DNA from: Yuukianura sp. NJ FZ-2021 | Lineage: Eukaryota | Direction: 5' to 3' | Length of the DNA stretch: 64,000 bases | NCBI GenBank assembly: GCA_046563655.1 | Contig: CM102290.1 | Location: 12,462,001-12,526,000, forward strand | In this document: piece by piece, positions 35,276 through 46,188 of the stretch | How the letters are laid out: each line of letters starts with the position of its first letter | Position numbering within the stretch: position 1 is the first letter of the stretch | Notes under the pieces: generated by a model | The model's input: the letters and a program-made list of their open reading frames with translations, nothing else | The model's database searches: none | What the model was told of the DNA's origin: nothing | Translations under genes and position numbers: made by a program

Positions 35276-35843
35276 TGACTTCAAGTGAAAACCCTAAAAA
35301 GAGCCGAATCAGCGTTACATTCCAATTACTCAACTTTTGCACTAGCTCTAGTACTTACCTTGTTAATCGTTAGTTTTAGTCACTGCCGTGCCACAGTAAA
35401 ATGACTGGATCTCCTTCATGCAAGAATCCAGCATTTGTTTTTTACGGTGAAATAAACAAATCCACGTGATTCGTGTCCGTCCTAAGGAAAGAATTCGGTT
35501 GGGATAAGGCTTAACCACCATCAACGTACTCATCGAATGCCGCCACTTTGTGGCTACAACAACAACGCAATGTTGCCACTGAGGTGTAGCTGCCTGTTGT
35601 AGCCACAAAACCTGCTGGAGTGGCTGCACTGTGAGGTAATCCCACAATTTACTAAATTAATTGATTATTTCTTCTAATATGTCATCAGCCAATCAGAATA
35701 TACGGCATTTTATTTTCGTACTGAAACTTCTTCATAACTTTTGGATTTTAGTGTATCAGAAATGAGTAATATTGTGTATTAATTTTTAGTATTTTGGAAA
35801 TAAGTAAGTCTTGTGTAGTGAATTAGTAGTGGTTGCTTTGATT

Positions 35844-36493
35844 TTACAAGAAGAATGAAAGCATCAGCACGAAACAGGCAACCACGTAACATGCCTTCAT
35901 GAATTTGATGTAGCGTTCGGCACGCTGCAAGTTTTCCTCCAACAAAGTAGCTTCGTCCTCCAAAACGTACGATGCTCCTTGAACCATACGAATGATGCGT
36001 TCAGTGGACCGCTGTCCAAAGCCGTTCGGAGATTGGAGGGCCGTAATGAGTCCTGGCAGACGCTGGTCACGAGTTTCTGGGTCATCAGCAATTGCATCTC
36101 CATGTCGCAGGAGCGCCTCCCAAAACGTCTCCACTCGGTCTTCCTCATCCTGTCTCATGAAACCTTCCAGCTGGAACAGAACATGCAATTACTTAACTTT
36201 AACATTAGACTTAACTTTGGTTTTGGAATTACTCAGTTACTTACAGTAAGAAGTGACACCCAAGCCAGGTCATCTTCGTCCTGAGTCGTGACAATGACAC
36301 GATCTCGACGCGGTTGAGGCGGCGTGGGCAAAGGTTCTGCACCGTCACCTTGGAAACCACGGCTTACCACGGAAGGGCATGAAGTGTTGAATCCAACACG
36401 GCCACCACGACGACGTGTCCAGAGGACTTCGGTTCGTGGATGGTCACCGGCCTCGCTTCCAGCTCCAGACAATTCGCTGTCTCGACGTTCCAT
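35844..36493 (-). CDS. Orphan tail-anchored membrane protein of about 190 aa, 2 exons
   Basis: A phase-0 intron (about 36171-36244) joins ...AWVSLLT|LEGFMRQ.... A short coiled coil precedes the C-terminal hydrophobic ACYVVACFVLMLSFFL*. Confidence 0.7.
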
Positions 36494-36512
36494 TTTTCGT
36501 TCAAGCTCCAAC

Positions 36513-36600
36513 AAAGTGGCAACAAATGAGAGTCAATCTGCAACAAAAGAGAGGTAAGTGGCAACAAATGAGAATTAAGTGGCAACAAATGATACTTAAG
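36513..36600. repeat. 21-bp tandem repeat, about 4 copies (aagtggcaacaaatgag....)
   Basis: Directly visible 21-nt periodicity. Confidence 0.8.
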
Positions 36601-37129
36601 CGTAAGTTAATACCAAGTACTCAAACGTAGAGTTCTGGTTCGATTGCGACGTTATCCGGGATCTTGCCAGCAGCCAACCGAGTGCGGCGCGCAGAGTAGA
36701 AACAAAGTAGGAAAAATTTTAAAAAAACCCGCCACAAGAACTTCGCAAACAAAACATTACAACTCTGTCGGTTTACGTTACTCCCGTTGTCATGGCATTC
36801 CATTTCTACGAAAATGCTACCGGTTGATTTGAAAAATTTAACAAAATTTTGATATTTGAAAATTAAAATATTCTAGAATGTTTAGAAATTTTAAATCCAG
36901 CCTTGCAAATTTTAAATCCAGGTGAATCCTTCACATACAATTCAAATTCTGGGTGACATGAGGCCAATTTTTATTGAATTTTCACTAACTCCTCAACTTT
37001 TGTTCGCTAGATTACTATTAATTATTAATTACAATTATAATTTTGTAAGTAATTATAATTATAATTAACTAAATTTGAAGATAGAATTTCAAGTGAAGAC
37101 TGAAGACTACGCCACTCCGCATACTCTTC

Positions 37130-37225
37130 TTAGTATTTATGATCCTTAACGAAAAGGTCGGCCTCACCGGCATTCCCCACAACAGTTCCTCCAACATATT
37201 TCCCAAGAGCAGCATCACTGTCCGC
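37130..37225 (-). CDS. Ald1: Alternative distal last exon of aldolase: ADSDAALGKYVGGTVVGNAGEADLFVKDHKY*
   Basis: ttttag acceptor, phase 0, exactly 96 nt like the proximal exon, with conserved GKY and terminal H-x-Y. Confidence 0.92.
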   Translation of the reverse strand, partial: ADSDAALGKYVGGTVVGNAGEADLFVKDHKY

Positions 37226-37384
37226 CTAAAATACAACAACAATCACAACTTTGAGTAAAAATGGCCCTGCAATGTACGTATATGCAGTTTCAATTCAATA
37301 AAAAAGCAAAAAACTACAAAACAGAAAAAATATTAACGAAAAAAACAAAACAAACCAAAAGAATTAGTTGATGGGAAAGATGAT

Positions 37385-39097
37385 TTAGTAGCTGTGGGCT
37401 TGAATGAAATTGCTTTTGGATCCTGCAACGCCTCCGATGCTTCCACTGTCGTATTTTCCAACGGAAGCCAAACCATTAGCCTTCAATGTTCAACAAATAG
37501 CAACAAAAAATGAAGTTAGAACATGCTAAACATTTCTCTAGCAAATTCCTAGTAGCAATTCACTTTTCAATACTACTAGCCGTACTACGTCTCATGTTTA
37601 GTGAACGATGTGAAATCAAATTGCGAAGTAACAAATGATGTTACACTCAAAACAACATTTGCAAAATCTAAGCTAAACTACACACTCAATACACCAAACT
37701 AATCATGTCTCAAATTAAACTTAAATCAAAACCCTTACCTGAGCTCTCTTGAGTAGTTCTTCCTGACCAGCCTTGACGTTCTCTGGTTTGCCTGCCCAAG
37801 CCTTCAAAGTGGATGCCTAATAGAGGAGTAAAGAATGATAAAACAACAATTCAACTCAACGTTCAACTTTTAGTCAGAATTCAAAAATTCAAAAATTGTA
37901 TGCTGACCTGGAGAGCTCTGCCGTAGCTGAAAGTAAGAGCCCATGGCTTCTTGCCTGGATAGGCATTGATTGCATTCAAGTGGACAGAAGCGTCCTCCTC
38001 AGATTGTCCTCCAGACAAGAACGTGACACCTACAAAATCAAGTTATAAGTGAAAAACTGCTCAATTTGTACTGGAAGTCCCAGTGCAATTGCTCAGGGCT
38101 AAACTTGCCTGGAACTGCAACAGGAAGAGTTCGCTGAAGAGCAGTCACAGTAGCAGCAGCTACTTGCTCTGGTGTGTACTTGGTTGGGCATGATTGTCCA
38201 GCAGTGACCATGTTGGGCTTGAGGAGCGTTCCCTCGAGGAAGACATGATGATCATTGAGTGCCTTGTACACTGCAGCCAAAACCGTTTCAGTCACTTTCT
38301 GAGCTCTGTCCAGGTCGTGATCTCCGTCAGGCAGAACCTGGAACACAAAAATGTAGTTGAATGCGTTTATACACTTAAAGCTGTTGTTAAATGTTTGAAG
38401 AATAGTTTGAAATTCTTAAGCGGCATTTACTTCCGGTTCTACGATTGGCACCAGTCCGTTGGCTTGGCAGATTGATGCATAACGGGCGAGGACATTTGCG
38501 TTCTCCATGATAGCTTGGTAGGACGGCGTGTTCTTGCCGATCTTCAGAACGCATCTCCATTTGGCAAACTGACATCCGTCTTTCTTGTACTGAGCACATC
38601 GCTTGTCCAAATCGTCCAATCCCTGGGTTGTGCACTCTCCGTTTTCAGCTCCCATCAAGTTGACCGTTCCCTTGTCGACCTTGATTCCAGGGAAGATTCC
38701 CTTGTCGCTAATCAGCTTGACAAAGGGCGTTCCGTCATCAGCCTTCTGGTAAAGAGTCTCGTGAAACAAGATCACTCCAGAAATTCTTTGCTGCAGTCTC
38801 TCGTCAGCAGTGAAGAGAAGCTAAGGTTATCAAAGAGAAGTCAAAATGATAAAACAGTCAATATTTACAGCTAAATATGAAGTAATTGTTATTTTAGTGG
38901 GCCTAATCAATTACCTGACGGTACAATCTCCTGTTCTCCTCGGTGTTCTCAACTCCAATAGACTGAAATCTGTTGCCAATGGTTCCAGTGGACTCATCTG
39001 CTGCCAGGATTCCCTTTCCTGGAGCCACAATAGCATCGGCAATTGACTTCAACTCTTGTTGAAGAGCTGGAGATGGGTAATTGAAGTAGGTCGTCAT
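37385..39097 (-). CDS. Ald1: Class I fructose-bisphosphate aldolase, isoform using the proximal last exon (37385-37480)
   Basis: [62 protein letters not shown] and terminal ...FIQAHSY*. Confidence 0.97.
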
Positions 39098-40789
39098 CTT
39101 TATGCTTGCAAATGAAATACCTGAAATAAATTAAAAAAGAAGAGTTCTTCATCCCATGATTGACCACTAAATAGTCGAACGAGACAAAATAGTTCAATTA
39201 ATTACTCAATTGTTGTAATTGAGATATAGTAGATTCCTAGTAATTGTTTATTTTAGACATTTTACATCCGTGCCCCTCCTCGTGCGATGTTTTTGCTCCT
39301 AAAGTTTAAAGTAGTCTAACTTATGTAATTCGCCCAACTACTCAAGTGCCATGGTCAGTCAGTTTCTTTAATTGACGTCAGCATATAATCTGTAAAGTCG
39401 TAAGTCATTCAGCGCTTAAATACTAGAGATAACGTACCATTATAGTAACATTAAAAATCGGAGCTTCTTGTTCGTGACCTTGACTTGACCATGCTGTGCT
39501 GACTTGAGAACAATTCTTATTAAAAAATGGGAAATGGGGGAGAACAAACCAACTACATCATGAGAAGCAAGTGAACTTCAAAAATGAAAATTAGGTCAAG
39601 GACATAAGAAAAAACGTTCCTGCATTCGACTGGAGATTTGATTATGCAATGTTCAAGTACCTGGTTGAATAAACATGGAAATTGAAAGTTATATCGAATA
39701 CATGTTAAAGTTGACTCAGATTAACTGCTGATACCTAAAGATATTCTTTTGAGCATACCAGATTACGGAAAAACAACTTGTGACAGTGTCATATCTAGCG
39801 TTAGAGCTGGAAGATGACGAAATTTCTAGAGATTACAGATGACCTTGTGCGGACATTGCATTGACATTGCCCTTTCTTACGAACATGAAACTACAGAAAA
39901 AATTTCCCCTTCCTGGCACCGGCAACAGACAAGAGTCTTGTCCATAGAAGACAGAAAACAGTTAGTAGAAGATGCTTTTACGCATCTTAAAATGCTAAAC
40001 TAATAAATGCCAAGTTTAGTCAGGATTTGATGCCAACCAACCGGCTTCGAACCGTTTGCTCCGCCCAGTCAGTCGTGTCAGTCAGCGAACGAAGTGACCT
40101 TGAAAGAGGGAAAGAGTTTAACGTGACCTCGACATTAGATTTTTTAATTCATGACGTTATTCTGTTTTCTAATGGCACAAATGGCACTGTCCTGCAGTCC
40201 TGCCGAAAGTCATAACTCGGTATTTCGGCTGGCTTCTACAAAACTTGGCGTAGATATGAAAAATTTCGGCATTGCGACTACTGTTACAAAAGAGTGACCT
40301 CAACCTTAAGGTCACGTTTGTCAAAAGTGGAAGACGTCACGCCCCAGCGGGGTGACATCCTAACAGCGCTACGATGTCGTAATGAATTCGGAAGCTTCAA
40401 GTTAGTTCCGTTCCAATTCATAATGTCAAGTCTCAGTGTCACTATCTGTCAGAATGTAGAGGTCTTACCTGACCGACGGTAGAGGTTACGAAGATGGAGA
40501 CTTCCGACACGAACACTACTACAACAACCGAACAGTTTGACTGCCAAGAACTAAGTGAGGTCTCCGCCAAAAACGATGGACTGACATGAGACAGGGAACT
40601 CCTTTGCAAAAAAAAAACAGATGAGAGGAGTGTACTCCTTTTCTGGGTGGATTCCGATGTAGTCTACGACGAATGGCCAAAGTTAACCACAGAAATGTAG
40701 CGTGAAACCTTGTCTTCTTCAACACGCAACTTGACGAGGCCTGTTTTGGTGATTTTGGGCTATTTTTTATAGGTAGAAATGGATTACTG

Positions 40790-42374
40790 TTGGTAAGCTC
40801 CGATTTGCACAAAAATTATTTCCTAGATTAATTTCAGTTGATGAACACGAATGTGTAAATTTTTTTTTGTCAATGATTACTTTGAATGATTTTTTTTCAT
40901 ATTTTTGAAAAAAAAAAAATTTCGATTAGTTTCGATTACCATTTTTTTAGTATCCGATTTAGAACAAAATTGGATTCCAGGGTAATTCAAGTATGCTGAA
41001 CACGAATACCAAAGAATTTTTGTTCAAGGATGTTTTCTGGCGCCGAAGGCGCGGTGTTAGATTTGGTTAAAGTTTGTAATACTGATTCTGTCTCGAGCTT
41101 AGGTTTTTCAACAAATCGATCGAATTTTTTTTTCAGTTTCGAAAAATTGTTTCCGATAGTTTTTTTTTTTGGTAAACTTTCGGTTTAGTGTACTTTTTTT
41201 GAAAAATCTGAAAATTTTTGTACAAACACTACATGGACCCCTGATAACAAAAAGCAAAAAAAATTTGACCGGAAATCAAAAAAAAAAAATTTTCAAAATT
41301 TTGGAAAAAAAATTTTTTTTTTCTCCGAATTGCATGAAAATCGGTTTCTAGGCTAATTTGAGTATGCTGAACACGAATCCGAAAGAATTTTTCAAAAAAA
41401 GTCTTTTTTAGGTTTTCTGATTTTATGTTAGCTTAGGTTAGGTTAGGTTAGGTTAGGTTTTTTTGAAAAATTCTTTCGGATTCGTGTTCAGCATACTCAA
41501 ATTAGCCTAGAAACCGATTTTCATGCAATTCGGAGAAAAAAAATTTTTTTTTTCCAAAATTTTGAAAAAAAAATTCCGACATTTTGTTTTGATTTCCGGT
41601 CAAATTTTTTTTGCTTTTTGTTATCAGGGGTCCATGTAGTGTTTGTACAAAAATTTTCAGATTTTTTAAAAAAAGTACACTAAACCGAAATTTTTCCTTT
41701 TTTTTTTTGCATATTCTTGTTCCTCACAATAAAATTTGTCTCGAAAATAATTTTTGTGCAAATCGGATCATACCAAGAGTAATCCATCTTTCCTCGGGCT
41801 AACATCGAGGCTACAGATATTTTTTTTTCAAGTAAGCTCTTTGTTTACTGTTAAAGGTGGCAGTACCTACAATGGCGAAAATAAATAATGTTGCATTGCA
41901 TTTGCAAAGTTTAACTTGAGCGCGAATCTGGTTTTCAAAACGCACAGCTGTCCGAGACTGTCTAGTTTTAGTCGTAGCAAAATCACGAGTGTGGCATATC
42001 TCCACTTCACAAGGAGCATTTGTATTCCGTGTTTTATCCACGAGAGTTCAACATGGCCAGACAATTGACGCTACGCTCACTTACAAGATCATTAGCGGCA
42101 CTGCACATTTCGGGAAGGAATGACCACTGAGAAATGAATTCTTGAAATTGTACCAATTTCATGTTTTCACCAATTGTTGCATAGAAACGAGACCCTGCAA
42201 CTTTCTGGAGTGCCAAGAAATTGTCTGGAAACGAGAACTCCCTTAAATTTAAACTATCATTTACATGTAATAAATTACATGTAAATAAATTTTTCGACAT
42301 ACTAAATCGTGGGATAGGGCGTAAGATACTCTCGTGAAACTTTAGGCGACATTTTCCTTACGTCAACCACTACG
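40790..42374. mobile_element. Non-autonomous DNA-transposon-like element containing a large palindrome with central (TTAGG)5
   Basis: Arms 41178-41400 and 41458-41690 are near-perfect reverse complements. tgaacacgaat subrepeats occur at about 40842, 40997 and 41368. Segment 41700-42374 is repeated at about 60730-61395. Confidence 0.8.
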
Positions 42375-44797
42375 CCTACCATCTCGCGAGTAAAGTTTGT
42401 CACGATCTCATGAAAATTTCGAAATTCAATTCGGCAAAAAAGATGAACCTTCACTAGATGGCACTTCGTCTGTGTTTCTTAAACCTCTATTTTTATACGC
42501 GTCGTTCTTAACTATACTTTAGTACTTCAGTACATAAATTAAAAAAGGAGTTCGAAATTTGTTTAAATTTGTGCTTAAAAAAATTTGAAAAGTTAAGAAG
42601 TCGTTGGGTGAGTTTTACCGAATTTTCACGGCAAAAATTAGCGGCAAGTCCGTTTTGAGAGCGGAGAAAGTCCAAAGAGAGAAAAAGTGAAAACTTTTTG
42701 AGTAAAAGTGTTTGAATTGTGAGCTAAGTTTATGAAAATCGTTTTGCAATCTTCTTCAAAGTTAAAATTTTGAAAACTGTTTTTTTGGTTTGTACGTGGG
42801 AGAATGATTTGGACGATGAGTTATCCATCTTTCGTGTCATTGTGTGGAGATGACTAAATTGACTATAGCCAGTTCCTAAGGAATTTATTGTCTCTAACCA
42901 AAGTTTCAAAAACCAGTTCTCTACTGGACACATTTCAGTTGAGCAACTTTCAAAAAACGAAAAAAAAGTTGTTCAAAACATTCAAAAAATTGACTAAAAA
43001 ATTCAAACGAAAAACCTGTGTGTGGGCCACCTAACCCTAAAATAAAGAAAAGCTAAAAAACACAATGTGTGGAGCATAAATTCTTTTGGTCATTACAAAA
43101 ATATACAGAAGGTCACAAGGTCACGAAATTGAAAGCAATTTCAAATTATGGCGCCACCAACAATTTGGTCTTTGAAGAACAGTTGACCTTTGACCTTATT
43201 TTACTTTGCCAAAAACCGTGAGATTCAAAAATATACAAGCCAAATTGTAGTTGTTTTTTATACACTCAGAAAAGAAGTCATAAATCACAGAGTGACACAT
43301 TTATACGCAAAATAATTTCCAAATTTTTGAAATTTTGAATTCATAAATTTAAAAATTTGGTGCTACAAAGTAACACGCCCTGTCACCATAATGGTTTCAT
43401 TGTTCCCTCGAGAACTAAAATTTGAGTCACACATTTTTCCTCACTTTTTTTTGTGTGTGTGAGGAATGTTCGTATTCAAACTTTCTCCAACTTTTTCCCG
43501 CCGCTCGAACTTTTCTTTCCAAATTTCGTTAAATTCTCATTTGTTCAAAAGATTTTTTTGCTTTGTGGTTCTGATTTTACGTTTTGAAAACGTTTAGAAA
43601 TCTACACATAGCCTCTACCTCTCTGTCGAATTTTGAAAAAACGGCGCCAAAAAATCATTTTGTCGCAGTGGATCGTTACCATTGCTGAAATCGCTTGCAG
43701 CGCTCGTGCACTTTAGTTTTTGCCCGTTCTTAAAAGTTTCCCTTGCGGCTAAATTAAATTATATTAGAGTCCTAATGTTTTTACAGTCCCTTAGATAGCT
43801 CTACTCTTCATTTTCAAAAGAAAGTGATTGTGGCGGGAAAAGGGAGGCACTTAAGACACTCTGCAAGTGCCTCAATTCCACTTAACTTACTACCAAGTCC
43901 ATAAATCCATAAATTTGCATTCCCGGGCAGCATGAGGAACCATCATGTTAATTGAAATCTAAACTAACTTTTTAAAATTCGTTTTTAAACAAAAGTTTTC
44001 GAAAAATATAGAAAAAAAATAGGTTTTCAAATTCGTGGGGTTTCTGGAAGTGTTTGGAGAAAGTTTAGAGAAAAAAGAAATTAAGTGAAAGGGACGACAG
44101 TTGAGAAAGAAGTGGTTTAGTTTTGTTACATTTGAATGCTTTTTTTGAAAACTTGAAAATTCCCTCTGTACTTTTTTTGTTGGCGGCGTAGGATAATTTT
44201 GTAAGATGAATGGTAAGTGCCCTTGAGGGACTCGTTTGGCAACTGACTCGTTTTGTCATGCCTCTCAGCTACTTCCAACCAACAAAAAAGTCTACTTAAT
44301 CGAAATCACGCGGCAGTGCAGTTGACATTAATCATTCTCTAACTACTTCCAACTACTGTGTAATCTAAAACATTTGAAACTCTAAAGAAAATTTTTAGGA
44401 ACTTTTTAGTTTGAGAAATTTTGAAACTTGAAAATGATTTCTCGGAAAGAGGAGAGTGAAAGCGAGTAATTTTGGGGAAAGTGGGAGTGAGTTGTAGGGA
44501 TTGATTTACGGGTTTATTAAGGTCATAAACGGAAGATCCTTTGGTGAATTTTAGTACTCTTAAGTTGGTCCTCCAGTCACAGGTCACCACTAAATCAACT
44601 CATGCACACTCATGTCACTGCATTCCATACACAGCCCTAAATATAACATAACATAGCATGCAACAAATTTCAACTAAACATGCTAGACGTACAACAAATT
44701 TCAACTTTACATTACCATTAGGGGTCGGAATCCGGAGCGGGTTTCTTAAAATCCGGATTTCGGATTTTGACGGATTTCAATCCTGAAATCCGGATTT

Positions 44798-45586
44798 TTT
44801 TTTTTTTTTTTTTTGGAATTCAAATTTATTTATTTTCAGTAATAATATTTGCTTTCTTGTACAGTATTCTAAATGCCCCCACACATGTGGCCTTACGCAA
44901 TTTAGAATCTAAATTTTGTTGGTTGTTGATGATTTTTTTTTTTATACCTAGGTAACTAATAATATACTAACTAATTGGAAATACGTACTACTATAATTAA
45001 TGTAATTAAAATTAGCAATCCAGTAAAATAATTTAGTTGGGCCATAAAATCTAATTAATTAACTAAGTTTCTCAAGTTGATTCCTAATTAGCTCACCTTT
45101 TAAGAGACGCTTAAACTGTGCTACGCTCCTAGCATTACATATTTCTTGATCTAACTCATTCCATAACTGTATTGATCTTGCTTGAAAGGTTTGACTACCA
45201 TATTTTCCTTTTGTATTTAAATTTCCTAAACTAATTCTAGAATTATTACATGCATTTGAGGTAGGATATCGATGAACTTCTTTAGCTTTTCTATAATAAT
45301 CACTAAAAACCGCTACACTACTTTCACTTATTAACTTATACATAAATATCAGTACTTTGTATTTAAATAATGCCTCAGGATATAGCCACCCTAATTCGTG
45401 AGTCATATCTGCAGAAACTTGGTCGAATTTTCTTTTATTAAGTGCCATTCTAGCCATTGTTCTCACAACTTTTTCTACTTTCTTAATATTTTTCTTTGTG
45501 GTTTCTCCCCATACTACAATCATATATTGAATTACAGAGAGCACCAAAGATTCTAACACAATTCTTCTAGACTTTATTGGCAATTT
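44798..45586 (-). mobile_element. 5'-truncated non-LTR retrotransposon (LINE ORF2 C-terminus, 3' UTR, poly(A)) with 12-bp TSD
   Basis: ORF ...SLVLSVIQYMIVVWG...ELGWL...TFQARSIQLWNELDQEI...FKRLLK is typical of the post-RT C-terminus. T-run at 44795-44814, minus-strand AATAAA at about 44825, AAATCCGGATTT at 44786-44797 and 45587-45598. Confidence 0.88.
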
Positions 45587-45744
45587 AAATCCGGATTTCA
45601 ATTTCTGTGTTAACTCCCATAAGAAATTCAAAATTGGTTTAAGCTGTCAGAAATGCAGGTTGGAAACACTCGTAGCTAAAACCTTGATGATAAATTCGGC
45701 GTGCTTATTTTTTGAATCAAATTTAGTGTTGGAAAAAAAAATGA

Positions 45745-46188
45745 AACATTGGCACAACATTAGCACAACATTAGCACAACATTGGCACAACATTGGCACA
45801 ACATTGGCACAACATTAGCACAACATTGGCACAACATTGGCACAACATTAGCACAACATTGGCACAACATTAGCACAACATTAGCACAACATTGGCACAA
45901 CATTAGCACAACATTAGCACAACATTGGCACAACATTGCCACAACATTGGCACAACATTAGCACAACATTAGCGCAACATTGGCACAACATTGGCACAAC
46001 ATTGGCACAACATTGGCACAACATTGGCACAACATTGGCACAACATTAGCACAACACTGGCACAACATTGGCACAACATTGGCACAACATTAGCACAACA
46101 TTAGCGCAACATTGGCACAACATTGGCACAACATTGGCACAACATTGGCACAACATTGGCACAACATTAGCACAACATTAGCACAACA
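45745..46188. repeat. 11-bp minisatellite (aacattRgcac), about 40 copies
   Basis: Directly visible head-to-tail units with G/A variants and no unique spacers. Confidence 0.97.

Noticed and set aside
35359..35645. Telomerase RNA, RNase P/MRP RNA, snRNA or SECIS
   Set aside because: No TTAGG template of 7 nt or more, no RNase P/MRP conserved regions and no upstream UGA selenoprotein. The acttacct is just the reverse complement of the splice donor.
41432..41458. True telomere
   Set aside because: Only five TTAGG units, internal to a repeat element.
45587..45631. N-terminus of ORF 45059-45631 as LINE-encoded
   Set aside because: It lies in or beyond the target-site duplication, so it is flanking DNA read in frame by chance.
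45745..46188. CRISPR-like array, or Cys-rich ORF 45760-45942
   Set aside because: The units are head-to-tail with no unique spacers, the context is eukaryotic, and the ORF is simply the translated minisatellite.
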